Of a DNA stretch of 64,000 nucleotides, positions 37,869 through 50,825 are shown piece after piece. Source of the stretch: Peribolospora baueri (taxonomy: Eukaryota); contig JAMDHS010000036.1 in assembly GCA_029717555.1 (NCBI GenBank), positions 62,001-126,000 of the forward strand, in the 5' to 3' direction. Made by a program: the position numbers and the translations under genes. Under the pieces are notes generated by a model. That model had not been told where the DNA came from and did no database searches. It worked only from the letters and a program-made list of their open reading frames with translations. Within the stretch, counting starts at the first letter, position 1; the number at the start of each line of letters is the position of its first letter.

Positions 37869-38820
37869 CTAGGCCGTCCGTTTGAGGTCCTTCTCCAATG
37901 TTATCAGGTCTATCGGCCTTCCTTCCTTCAAGCTGAGGATCACCGCCTCTAGCGTCAGTTGCGTTTTGAAGCCCTCCTCCGGCGTACTGAGCGGAGCTTC
38001 TTGGCCGTTGACGACCTGGATGTAGTGCTTGAGTTGGACGGCCATCGGCGGAACGTTGGCCTCGGCAGACTCTCGGGCGAGCGCGTCCGAGTCGTCCCTC
38101 TCCAGTTTCTCCGTCCACGAGCCCGGCTCTCCGGTCGACGGGTTGATGGTGTTGTCGTAGTGGTAGCGATGCAGGTCGGGAAAGGTCAACGTGGCCTGGC
38201 TGCCGAAAATGGGGTAGTTGTTCAGACCGAATGCCGGGAGGAGGGGGTTCTCGCCAGTAGAAGACTCCCAGTTCTGCGGTGACGGAGAGTTGCTGCGAAC
38301 GAGAAACATGGCCGGGTCAGACAGACCCGGGGGCGTGGCGGACAGATTGCACAAAATGTCAGGAGAACCGCTCGCTCGCTCGCTCACTCACTCGGTCAAG
38401 AGAAAAGTGCCGACAGCACCGCTGACGAATTTCATTGCGGAGACCACCGTCTCCTCCACATGGTAGCCACGTCGTCGCACACCTTCCTCGGCGTATACGT
38501 CACCAATCTTACCACTTTGGAGGACCTTTTTGAGCCGGACGGTGAACGGGTGAAAGCGACGATGATTTCCTACGATCACCTTGGGCACATCTGTGCCGGC
38601 GTTCGCCTTGCAGGTGTCAACGAGCCGGATGCATGACCGAGCGTCCACGGAGAGCGGTTTCTCGACGAGGACGCTGATCGCGCTTTCGATGAGCTGGAGA
38701 GCAAGCGGGACGTGCGTAAGGTTGGGAGTTGCGATGATGGCGGCCTGCGGTAGAGGGGAGCCAGCGGCGAGGAGGTCACTGCAGCTGTCGAAGCAGGGCG
38801 CGCCCCGTTCTTTTGCTGTT
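37869..38820 (-). pseudogene. Gfo/Idh/MocA oxidoreductase (QutH-like) remnant, N-terminally truncated and internally deleted
   Basis: AAIIATPN.THV, VLVEKPLS, VGNHRRF, GAVGTFLL and WESSTGENP are present. There is no start codon or GxGxxG upstream. GKIG joins directly to DVYAEEG, so the usual WR..GG..IH..D segment is missing. Confidence 0.7.
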
Positions 38821-39356
38821 GACGTGCGTCTGAAGCTGGGACTGCAGGTGCCTTCTTTGGCGCTCTGTCTTGCAACACCGGGGGCGCACTACGAACGTTC
38901 GACGTTCGACCCTTTTAACGATCCTCCCGCTGTCTTGGAGGTCACCGACCGGGTCGCCTGTCCGACCATCCTCGCTGTGTCACTCCTTCCGGCCCCACCA
39001 CCTGTACCCGGCCTCGGGTCGCGGCAGTAAACCACCCGCCATGGCGGATAAATGTTGCCCCACTCGCCGCAGCAGTCGAGATGGCCATGACGGCTGCCTA
39101 CCTCGTACCCTAGTCAAGGTATGAAACCTTCAGCGTCGAGGGAAACGTGCACTCGTTGCCACCCTGACCTCTTTGAAGGCAGGTAGGTAGGTATGAGGCC
39201 GGGTCTGTTGAGAGAGGTCTGTTTTTCGCAGAGTCCGCGTCCGATCAAGGTTCACATCTCCCAAATCTCCCATTCACACTGTCTGCCATGCAAGGAAAGG
39301 GTGATTCGTCTATTTCCTGTTGTTTAATCATCACACCCCCTTCCATTAGGATTACA

Positions 39357-41628
39357 TTATGCGCTTCCTTCGTGCCTCTGCACACGTTCGTCCATGAGCT
39401 TCCGGATGATCTGACCCAGCTCCTCGCTCTCGGCCTTGGCCTCCTCCGCTGACCCGCCAAATACGACCGCCATCTCTTCTAGGGACCGGCCCTTGGTCTC
39501 CGGTACGAGGAAAAGGGTGAAGAAAAATGCGATGAGGGCAAAGGCGGCGAAGAAGATGTATGTGCCGAACCCGATGGTCGCCAGCATCCGTGGCGTCACC
39601 AATCCGATGATGAAGTTGCTCATCCACGTTGAGCTGTCGTCAATTTGTGGGACGACGGTCAGGCAGAAAAGGAAGAGAAAAAAGTTCGTCACTGACTGTT
39701 CATTTGTCTGTAATCATCATCTTACCTGTCATGAGGAGAGCGCTTACCTGGTGGTCACAGAGATAGCAGGAGCACGAGTCCTGAGGGAAAAGATTTCCGA
39801 GGGCAATACCCAGCCGATGGGCGCCCAGCTAAAGGAGAAGAAGACGTCGTATATGTCTGGGAGCGATTACAAAAACGAATCAACGCCAGCGGCAAAGACG
39901 CGCGTGTCGACGGAACGCCAACGGAGGTCGCAAATCAGGCTCACAGATGAACGCAATGGCCACATGAGCCGCCATCGGGTGTTCGCTCAAGTTGGTTTTG
40001 TAGCCGCCGACGATGCCGCCAACGATCAACAAGGAGCACATGGTGCCGAATGCACCGGTCATGAGAAGGTTTTTCCGACCCCAGACGTCGAGGAACAGAA
40101 CGGCGGGGAGGGTGGAAACTGTGTTGACGATGCCGTATACACCCGTGGCAAGCACACTGGTGGTGGTAGCGTTCATTCCCACCTGCTGGAAGATGGTCGG
40201 AGCATAGTAGATGATCCTGTTGACGGAGAGAAAGGACGTGTCGCCGGGTGAGATCAGACGACGAGCGAGCATGAAAGGAAAGGAGGGAGCCGGCACATAC
40301 GCATTGCACCCGATGAACTGCTGGAAAAACATGATGGCGCTGCCGATGAAGACCCTCTTGAAGTTGCTCTTGACGGTGAGGAGCTCGACATATTTAGCCA
40401 CCCAAGCCTTGGCCATGAAGCCGCCGTCCGTCACGCCGGCGTACCTCTCCGTAGAGAGCATGCGTTCGTAACGAGCGACGGCACGGACCTCGTACCACTC
40501 CTGGAGCACGGCGGGGTGGGTGGGTGGCTGCCTGCGCAAGCGAGAGAGGACGCGCAACGCCTCGTCGTCCCTGCCCTTGTCAGCGAGCCACCTAGGGGAG
40601 TAAGGCAGGAAGAAGGTTCCGACACCGAGGATGAGGGCAGGTAGGATCTGGAAAGCGAGAGGGAAGCGCCAGGAGGCATCGCTCTGGCCAGTGCAGCCTC
40701 CGGCCGGCACGTCGTGGTAAGGATCGAAAGTCGGCTGGCCGTTGGATACCGGCCCAGTGTAGGGCGTTCCCGGCGCACAGACGACTCCGCCGATATGGGA
40801 TGTCCCGTACTCGATCCAGTATGCGACAAGAATGCCGATGGTGATGCTCAGCTGCTGAATGGCAACCAGGCTTCCGCGAACCGCTGCAGGGGCGATCTCG
40901 GCGAGGTAGAGGGGCACGACGTGCGTCAAAGCGCCGACGGCTAAGCCAGCGACGACTCTACCAGCGATGATCATGGCGACGTTCCGGGCACCCGCTTGAA
41001 GAGCGGCGCCGACAACAAAAATGACGGTGGAGACGAGGATGGAGCGCTTGCGACCGATTCGGTCGGTGGGCACGCCGTTGACGAGAGAACCAAACCAGGC
41101 GGCTGCCAAACGTGATGCGAAAGGGGCCGCTCATTGAGAATGGTGGTGTCGGAGCTCGCATAGCAGGGGCGCGCGCACACTCACCGAGCAGCAGGGACGA
41201 GACGAGCCATCCTTTAAAGGCCGAGTCCATGTAGGCACGGGGGAAAGCCGCGCCAAAGCTTTCCATGACCAGGATGGAGCTCATGGCGCCTTGATCGTAG
41301 CCAAACAGAAAACCGCTGTCGGGGAGGTCCGCGTAGCCAGATGAGATGAGGCAGGGAGGGGCGAAAGAATGAGCTACGCTTTGCGAGGCAAGAACTGGGC
41401 GCCACGGCCCGGCTGGTCGACTCACCCGATGGAAGCAAAGATGGTGACGCCCAGAACGAAAGGGTTGGCGACCATGTTGCGGAATCCGGACAAGACGGAT
41501 ACGGTGCCCTGATCATCATGCGTGACCAGCGCGCTCACCAACTCGACGCCGCCGACAGGCAACTGAGCTTTCTCGTCGACGTGGTCAATCTCGACTGGCG
41601 CCGGGACGTTGTCGGCCTTTCCGCCCAT
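39357..41628 (-). CDS. MFS sugar-porter family transporter (quinate permease-like), intact and spliced
   Basis: GGFLFGYDQG, DRIGRK, PLYLAEIAP..VRG, PYSPRWL, QQFIGCNAIIYY, WVLPSEIF and PETKGRSLEEM. Confidence 0.95.
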
Positions 41629-41709
41629 GATCAACGAAAAAGCAATTGTGGATGTGGAGAGGTGAGAGGCTTTGCGGGGTCGACGAGGTGGGGTAGCGGA
41701 TTGCCGGGA

Positions 41710-41715
41710 TTTATA
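41710..41715 (-). promoter_or_regulatory. Candidate TATA box of the MFS transporter
   Basis: TATAAA on the minus strand about 82 nt upstream of the ATG, in GC-rich surroundings. Confidence 0.5.
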
Positions 41716-43016
41716 CCCCTCCGGTCAGCCAAAGTAGCGAGGAAAAGGGCGCCCCACGTTGGAAGCCATCCGTCATCCGGTGCCGTTCGTCAACCGCGGA
41801 TATATGTTGTCGTCTCTCCATCATCGGCAAGGCATTACGAGAGCAGGAAGGCAGGAACAAGGTCTGCCCTGGAGGATATACCGCCAAAGCTATACCCGAC
41901 AATCGACCGACAAGCGAGGGTACCGATGGCGACCGTCTTCATGACTTGGAGCCCCGCCCCGGAATGCTTCCGCCATTTCCATCCGAAAGAACGCTTCTTT
42001 CTCTGTTGACTCGATCGCAAGACCATCCATCTTTCGATCATATCAGATGTCTTTTAGTCGCCGTCGAAGTCCCGATATGCCGTTCGCTTGCTCTTCCGTG
42101 CAATCATCGATAGAGCTTTCCGGTCCGAACACGTCCGCGGAAGAAGCCAACGGCGTACATGCTGCGGAGGGATGAGAGACTGGACTGGCGGGCTTGCATC
42201 AGCTTGCTCCTCTCGCCGCAACCCAGCCAGGCCATGGATGAGCAACCACGTCTTCTCTGACCACGCCTTCGTTCTCTCCCCAGCGGACGGCCACGGACAA
42301 CCGCCGTCGCCCCGTGCCCGGCGCGTGCACGTAGCTTGAAGGCGCTCGAACGCTATCGAAGCCGGCCGGCCAGCCGGCCCGCCAAGCATAGCGTCCCCAT
42401 CGACGAGCTCGTGCAATGGATGGAAGATCTTGTTGGCTTGTCTATCTCGCCGTCTTACGTCATGTCGCGTCACGGGGGCAAGGCTACCTTCTAATCATCG
42501 TCGCCTCCTAGATGTGTCATCGCGAGCTCGTACGGTGCTGCTCTGTATGCACGATTCCCATACAGGTCGGCAACCACGGCGGTCCCCGTTCATGGGGACG
42601 GACGAGGATACTACGAGGATACTCGGTCGACAAGGCTCTGACAGCATGGCCGAGAAAAGCGGCGCCTGATTTCGGAAAAAGAGCCCTGGCTAGGCCCCAG
42701 GTGGTGCCCGAATCACCGCAGTCTCAGGAGTGCTGACAGACGGAGATGGGGAGGAAAGTGGACGGACAGACACTGGTACGACGCCACAGTTGTTGGCGAC
42801 ACTAGGCGCCTGGGCGCCGGCAGACGGCAATAGAATGGAAGCTGTGCACAGGCATGGCGACAAAGGAAACCCGGGAGGCACGATACGAGTCCCACGACCA
42901 GCAACGTCAAGCACAGGACAATTTCGAAAAGGGGGAAAGGCAAAGGCAATGGAGCGCGCTCACGTTTTGGAAAGGACCGTTGATGGAAGACGAGGACTTG
43001 TATACTTGGAACGGGA

Positions 43017-43569
43017 TCAATACCGGCAAGTGCAAGGCCTTGAACACGGGCAAATGGGGACATATGCAGTGCCTTGTACGATAGACGGACGGCGATGTGA
43101 GCAGAAAGGTCCGAGGTTGCGTTTTCATATGCCGATGAGGACGTTTCGAATGGAACGACGAAGATGCGGTGAGGAGAACTAGGAACAGCCGAGAAAAAGA
43201 GCCGACGAGGACGGGTGGTGCGAACGGCAGATTCGCACCGACGTTACTCACAACGGCACCTGGGATTCTGGCAACTGAGGGTATTTCCGGGGGCCGGGGC
43301 GGTCGTGGGCCCGGGGATGGCGCTGAGGCCCTCGGCGCGGGTGGGAGAAGGCTCGCGGGCGAAGACCCTCGTTGCCGCCGGGCTGGTCGGTTTGCGGGCC
43401 TTAGCATTGGGATCGTGGCAACGGGGGGAAAGCTGGTGCAAGACGAGCAGGTGGCGCAAGGGATGGTTATTGAGCGTGCGGTGTTCGGAGCGTTTTCAGT
43501 TCTGAGCGGGAGGATTTAAGGCGCGATAAATGAGCCGTAGTTATGAGAGGGGTCGAGAGGGCTCACCAT
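43017..43569 (-). CDS. Small Cys-rich metallothionein-like protein, 79 aa, 3 coding exons (43569-43567, 43432-43252, 43072-43017)
   Basis: TATATAA at 43663-43669 and AAAACACAATG followed directly by a GTGAGC donor. The spliced product ends SCQNPRCRCTAYVPICPCSRPCTCRY*. A further intron-like segment lies in the 3'UTR (42842-42963). Confidence 0.62.
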
Positions 43570-43662
43570 TGTGTTTTGTCCGATGACTGCAGAATGGGAT
43601 ACGAAGGGCGTGGGGAGAGAGAACGGGGCGGGACACAAGGGCGGACGCCGGGCCCGGCCTGC

Positions 43663-43669
43663 TTATATA
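43663..43669 (-). promoter_or_regulatory. Candidate TATA box of the metallothionein-like gene
   Basis: TATATAA(G) about 94 nt upstream of the ATG at 43569, followed by a pyrimidine-rich leader. Confidence 0.55.
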
Positions 43670-44540
43670 GACGTTTCGTCCGGCCCAATCTTCCTTCCAC
43701 GTCAGGATGCGGACGAGCGTGTTCCCATGCCATCGTCTCGGGACGCTAAGGTTCTTCAGAACACCTCCTTGAAGGAAAAGCCATTTTGGAGCGGCGGGAC
43801 AGCAGCAGGCGAGAGTAGCCTGACAACGAGGAGGACGTCAACGACAACAACCGCATGCCCCTTGCACCCAAGCAAGCAAGCTCCTGGGAATCCGGCATCG
43901 GGGGTTGCGTCTGAGCTGGGAAGAGGTGTGCCATGTCATGAGCTGCCATGTCACAAGGTCATCAGAGCGATCTCGACCGACATCGAGACCCCAGAACCGG
44001 CTGCGCATCGGACTCGAGCTCGGCTGCGAAGAAGCCGAAGAAGCCTGTCTGTGGCGATGCTACGCCGACTCGGACGGAGCGATGGAAGTTCGGCGGCTCT
44101 GCCTTTTTTCTCCTAGAAGCGAGGGTGGTCTGACGACACGCCGTCGATTGCAGTCGTGCGTAAAGCGCAAGATGGCCGAACCCAAGCGCAACAAGCAGAA
44201 GGCAAGCGCACAACAAGAGTCTATATCCACGCCAATATGGTTGTTAATCCCTCTATTGCGCTGCAGATACCTCGGAGGTAGGCGGCTCTAGCACCCCTTG
44301 TTCCCCGATCATGCGGGTGGTTGGAGATGAATGGATGAATGGACGGGATGGGGAGCGAGAAAGCGAGAGCAGGTTGTTCCCGTTACACACTTCACCATCC
44401 TAGGATCAGCTTGTTTTGTCTTCGGTCCTCAGCAAGGCAGAGAGCCTCACGCTTTCATTGTCGCTCCTTCCCCCCTCCTTCCCTCTTCTGCTTGCGGATC
44501 CCTCGGCGCTGTTTGAGTGCCAGGGGATCAGTCATACGTC

Positions 44541-47500
44541 ATGGCCGGCGTACCGTCCACCTCTGCTACGCCCGCTCGGCTTCCCCAACTGCCCTCGGCA
44601 CACCACCTGCGAGAGACGCTGCTCTCGGCGCCCAGAACTTGCTCCTTTCGCTTCACCCCGCACGCTCGGGATTGGCTCCTCACCGAGGCCTTCGCCTCGC
44701 TCTTTGGCGATTACGTCTTCCTCTTCCTCCCCCCTCACATTGGCGGCCTGGGCAAGGATCTCAAACTGAGCACGATCCAGAGGGAGGAGGGGAATCAGTG
44801 CGTGTCTGAACGAAGGGGCGGACCGTGCGGTCACGTCTTCAGCAAGGGCGAAAGCGTGTACAGGTGCAAGTGAGTGGCGCGTTCATTCCACCTTCTCTTG
44901 ACGGCGGTGGCGGTGGCGGACGATATACTGTATAGTACCACCTCTTCCCTGGGGCGATGCACTTAGCTCTCTTTCCTTTTTTTGTTCTCTTTCAGGAACT
45001 GTGCCGCGGATGACAGCTGCGTGTTCTGCTCGCGGTGCTTCCATGCGACCGATCACACCGACCACGACACCACCTTTTCCATCAACTCTGGCCATGGCAA
45101 CTGTTGCGACTGTGGCGACCCAGAGGCATGGAAGTGCGACGTCCATTGCCCGTTTCATTCTCCCACGTCTTCCGACCGTCCAGAGTCTTCTTCCTCCCCC
45201 CTCTCCCCTTCCTCGACCACCTTCCCGCCCGGCTTCGTCGATGCCGTGTCGGCCACGATCGCGACTGCCATCGACTTCATCATCGAGACGTTGGAGTGGT
45301 CTCCCGCAGAGCACGCACCACCGACCGACAAACAGGAACTCTTGGCGCAGCCGCGGAGCGAGCAAGACATAAGGGAGAACCGACTGACGACATCCCGCGG
45401 AGACGAGGATGACACCATGGGGATGGCACCCGAGGCCTGGGCGGTGGTGCTGTGGAACGACGAAAAGCACAGCTTCCCCGAGGTGATCCAGCAGGTTGTT
45501 GACGCCACCGGTTGCGAGGAGTCTCGCGCGAAAGGCGTCGCTGACAGGGTACACGAACATGTGAGTTCTGCCGTCCCCCTTCCCGGACCGGTCGCTCGCT
45601 TAATCCGTTCAACATGAAACTATTGATCTAACCGGACGTCCTGTTTCTACAACAAGGGTCGGGATATCGTCGAGGTGTCCAGTGACATTCAGCGCCTTCT
45701 GTCCGTCGCCCGCATCATCTCCCACATCGACCTCGCTGTGACCGTGCGGTCCGCCTACCAGACCTTCCAAGAAGAGACCGCAGGAATGCTAATTGGATGG
45801 CTCCAGGACCTCGCGTCTTCTACGCTCTACGTGGGCAAGGATGCCCCTTCGAGTGATGCCTACCTCTTGCGTTCCGTCGTCGCCGAACAACTCCTCAAAC
45901 CCTGGAGACCGACGAAAGAGATTCACCGCTACCGCATGAGCGAAGACTTCTTCAACCTTAACGACGCTACCAAGTTGGACGCGTTGGTTATCTTCGACAG
46001 GAGAATGTGGAAGGAGGCAAGGTTGACCTTGAGAGACGTCTACACGCGATCCATGAGTGGTTTGGACGCGAGACTCAGGTTCGGTGAGTTTGCATTCCTC
46101 GTCCCCTCTGCAGCGGCCCCGTTTGCACGACATGCTGCTCAAACTTGTGGCCGATGTTCTCTGTTGGAAAAAGGCATTAATTTCGAACGGATGTATCCTC
46201 GCATGGTCGAGGAGTTCATCTTGCACGATCGCGAGCCCGAGATGTCCGTCAGTTTCTTCACCGTCCAGCTATTCACCGTACCGAGTGTCGCCGTTCATCT
46301 GGTCCGCGAGCACGGCTTCCTGGAACGCCTTCTCACCATCCTGAGGACGTTCTTCACCAATCAAATATCAGAGAGACGGTTCATCCTCCCTCCTCCACCT
46401 AACGCCCAGGTTTCCAGCGAGAGCATGGGATATCGCCACAAGCGCTACTTTCGCGTTTTTGACGACCTCAAGTACTTGCTTTCCGCTCCCGGCGTTCGGG
46501 CCGAAATCGCACGAAACTCGGAGCATCTCGAACACTTCCTCGACTTTATCTCTCTCTTCAACTCGATCAACCCCAACGAGCGTGCCGTCACTCAGCACGT
46601 CGAGTACGAGAGCGATTTGTGGGTGCATGTCTTCAACACGACCGTCCAGCTCGCCAAGGCCTGTCGACAGTTTGGTGAATCCTACGCGGCCGGCAACAGT
46701 GCCGATCTTAAGCATGCGCTCCTCGTCACGGTTGGTCGCATCTACGAAGCCATCCTCCGACTTCATGTGCAGAACCCAGTTCTGTATCCTCCGACGAGGA
46801 TGAAGCAGGTCCATTTCGGATTCGGAGACGCGCCGGGCAGGTACTGCATCGTCGACTTTGTCGTCGATCGCTCCCCTGTTAGCTTTCACCACCCCATGCA
46901 CTGGCTACTCGCCGAACAGCTCAAGCACGTGAACATGCTCACTAGCGAAGCGATGCAGGCCTTGGGATTCGAGGATTTGAAGCAGGTACTCGAGCGCCAG
47001 GTCGGCGGCTTTCTGCAGGTCGTCTTCGATTATCCCATCAGAGGTGGGCATCCCATCGCTGATGTTTGTTGACGTTTTCCAGCGTTGTGGATCAGGCCAA
47101 GAAGCTGAATCAGATGTCTACCTCTTTCCCCCCCTCTTACTTCCGGTCTTCAGTTTGCGTCATGCTCGCTCAGATCAAGGCTGGATTATGGGTTCGAAAT
47201 GGGCTCGCTATTCGCGGACAGCAGCATCACTACCGGGAGAATGCACTGCGCGAGTGGATGTACGACCAGGACCTCTACCTCGTCCAGGCCTCCTTGGTCG
47301 TCATGGACCCCAACCTGGTCTTGGTCACCTTGCTCGATCGCTTCTCCCTTCTCGAATGGTTCTCGGACATTCATGAGACGGATGCACATCCCGTCTACCA
47401 AGAGCAGACAGCGTTCATGCTCGAGGAGTTTTTGTTCCTTCTCATCACCTGCCTAAGCGAAGAGGCCAATGCGGGCGCTTGGTCGACGGCACAGGCCATT

Positions 47501-50500
47501 CAACGCGAGGTCGTCCATGGCCTCGCCCTCGGTCAGAGCTCCTATTCCGAGCTGCTCAAACGCATTCCCGAGAGGCTGACGAGCGACGCGGCGTTTGACA
47601 GGGTACTTACGGAGGTGGCCAAATACCGTCCACCTGACGGCACGGCGGACGTCGGCATCTACGAGCTCCATGAGGAATATTATGACCAGGTCGAACCCTT
47701 CTTCTACCATTACTCGCGCAACCAGAGGGAAGAGGCCGAGCAGATCGTCAAGCGACATATCGCCGCCAAGACCGGAGCCAAGGACCCTGTCATCGTTCCC
47801 AAGCGCCTCGACATTCCCGTCGGTCCCTTCTCCGTCCTCGGCCATACCTACCGCTCGCAGGTCTTGCTGCAGGTTCTCTTCTTTGCCCTCGCCAACGTCG
47901 CGGCCAGCAAGAGGGACATCCCGGATTCGCTCGTGGACGAAACGCTCCACCTGATCATGCGAGCCCTCATCGAGGAGCCAGACCGGTTCGCTCCGATGGC
48001 CTGCCAGGTCGCGTTCGCTCGGAACGAGACGCTGGTCGCGCTCCTTTGCTCTTTGGAGGTCGAGCCAAAGTTCAAGCCATTCAAGCCAAAGATTTCGTGG
48101 ATTCTGGACGAGATGACGCGAGAGATGCCCGCGGACGTGGCGGCTAACCGGAGACAGCGGCCCTCCGCTCCGGCCGTACAGGATACCGACCCGAGGCGTG
48201 AGGCCGCTAAAGCGCGACAAGCGGCCATCATGCAGAAGTTCGCGGCGCAGCAGAAGGACCTCCTCGACGCTTTCGGTGAGGATGAGGATGACATGGAGGA
48301 CGTCGAGGACGAGGAGGTGTCGCAGAAGAAGACGCTGGGCAGTTGTATACTCTGTCAGGAAGAGCTGGACGATACGCGGCCGTTCGGCATGCTCGCTTCC
48401 ATCCAGCCGAGCAGACTGATCCGGTCCACGCCAATCCAGAAGCCTCAGTACCTGCAAGAGTGCGTCGATCTGCCGCTCTCGCTAGATCGAAACAACCCGG
48501 TTACCGGTAGGCGGGTCATGGGCCAGGCGGCCCACAACGGCGCGTCGACCGTCACGATGGAGGAGAGAGGGTTTCCGAAGAGCGACCATCACTTCGGCCT
48601 ACACGCCTCCGCTTGCGGACACATGATGCACTACCGCTGCTTCGAGACGTATTGTAGGTCCATCGAGCAGCGGCAGCTGCACCAAGTCGCCCGCAATCAC
48701 CCGGAGAACCTGCAGAGACACGAGTTTCTGTGTCCGCTGTGCAAATCGCTCGGTAACGTCATCTTGCCTGTTCACGAGATCGCGGTCGTCATCGACGAAG
48801 CGCCTCTGTCGGATTGGGTTCGACGGATCAGCATCGACATTTTGAAGAGCTCATCTCCAGTCGGGCACGATTATCAGGAGACGCAGAATGGCACGGGCTC
48901 CTTCACACCCTGGTTCTTGGACACCCTGCCCCCGTTCCACTCCCGCGCTCAAGGGGACCCGGCCATGCAGCAGGTGCTCGATCGTCTCCTCAAGGTCGTC
49001 CATCCCATCGCATCTCAAACGAAGCCAGTGCGCGCCGAGCAGCATGCCGGCAACATCCTTGCTCCCCCTTCTCTCAAACTGTATCTTCCGGAGGAGCTGT
49101 GCGCGTACACCATCGCCTCGTACGAGATCGCCCAGCGCGGCATGAGCCCGCCGAACGCGGACGCGTGTGCCACGTCGAGCGTTGCAGACAGCATCCCCGC
49201 CTCGAGCTTGGAGCTGCTCAAGAGTCTTTTGGGCGCCCTCCGTCAGCTCGCCGTCACTGGGGAAGCGGGTGAGCGAGGATTGGCAGTCATGCGACAGGGC
49301 CTGTTGAAGCGTTTGCACCCGCAGTGGGGCGGGGACGACTCTGTGCGCCATCCTCTACTCCTCCGGGATCCGCTGACCATGCTCATCGAGACGGCGGTGA
49401 TCGCCCCAGAGGCGATCGGACACGTCACGTCCCTCATGTACTACGTCACCCTCGTCCAAGTCATCTTCGGTCTCGCCCAGCCGGGGCTCTGGCCGACAGG
49501 CGCCCCTGGCGTTCGCGCCTCTGCGACGCTGACGCGCCCAAAGGCGGACGCGGACGCAGATGCGGCTCTGTCCGTCTTTGCGGACATACGATGGATAGCG
49601 TCGACAGTCGTCGGCTACGTTGGCTACGCTAGGGGAAACCTCAACCTCGGCTTCGACCATCTCGACGACGCTACGCTCGCAAAGCTCGTCTACTCCTACA
49701 CGCTGCCTTTCCTTCGTCGCGCCGCCATATTGCACAGGGTTGTCGGCGCCCGCTTTCAGTCCCCGCCCGCGGTAACGGTGGACGCTGAAGCGAGCGAGTA
49801 CGCACGTCTGTTGAGTGCGCTGCGTGTCCCGCCGCCTGCGGAAACTCTGTCGCCTCGAGCGGAGCGGCAGAGCACGGTGGCGCACCTGCTCGAAGGCTGG
49901 ACCAAGCACGCCTACGCTCAGCTCTCCACTCTCTTCCGCCCCACGCCGCTGCACTTCGCCGGCCCGACCTCCAACGGCAGTGGCGGCTACCCTGCTCCCT
50001 TCTCGGAGCCCACGCTTCGATTGGAGCACCCGCACGTGTACGAGCTCCTGTCGCTGCCCAAATCGCTCTCGACGCTCCTTGAGGAGAACCTGCGGCGGAC
50101 GTGCAAGCAGTGCCAACAGGTGCCCACTTCGCCAGCGGTGTGTTTGCTGTGCGGGGAGTTGCTGTGCCATCAGAGCAGTTGTTGCGCAGATGAGGAGAAC
50201 GAGCAGCGGATGGAGTGTAACCGGCATATGGATGAGTAAGTCGGCGGTTTTGTATTTTGGGCTTATAGGCCAACGCTAGAGGGAACATGTGACGGACTGA
50301 CCGGGCCGGTGGATGCCCTTTCTATCCCCGCGGTACCTGTTTTCTACTTCACTATCCCAGATGCGGGGGCGCTGTCGGGATCTATTTCGACTTGAAGAAG
50401 AACGTCATCTTCTACCTCTTCGCCGACAACGGCGCGTTCAGCGTGCCACCCTATCTCGACATTCACGGCGAGGTCGATTTTATGTTCAGGTGAATGACTC

Positions 50501-50825
50501 GCTTCGGCCTGGTTCTGCAATGATCTTTCGGCTCCTTGTTCTTACATTTGGCGGCTCTTCTTTCGACCAGGCGAGGACGGCCGCAGTACTTGCACCAGCA
50601 ACGCTACGACGAGATCCGCAAGACATGGCTCAGCCACGGGATCGGGACATACGTGGTTGGTCGTCGTTTCGGATGCGCTTCCTCGTGATCCCGCCCGTTC
50701 ATGCCCCTTGACATCCCCCTTCCTCCGCTTGCTTTTCTCGACGTCCCTTTGGCGTGTCTCGATACGTACCTCAGGCGCGCAAGATTGAAAGTATGCTCGA
50801 CGCCGGCGGCTGGACCACCTTCTGA
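44541..50825 (+). CDS. UBR1: N-end rule E3 ubiquitin ligase (N-recognin)
   Basis: UBR box (CGHVF..GE.VYRCKNC..DDSCVFC..CF...CCDCGDPEAWK), ClpS-like VVLWNDEKHSF, VSFHHPMHW, WVRNG, RING-type CILC...CGHMMH..C...EFLCPLCKSLGN and C-terminal PYLDIHGEVD. Confidence 0.97.

Noticed and set aside
43929..43953. Direct repeat TGCCATGTCA x2 between the MT-like gene and UBR1
   Set aside because: Only 10 bp; cannot be assigned to a known metal-response element from sequence alone.
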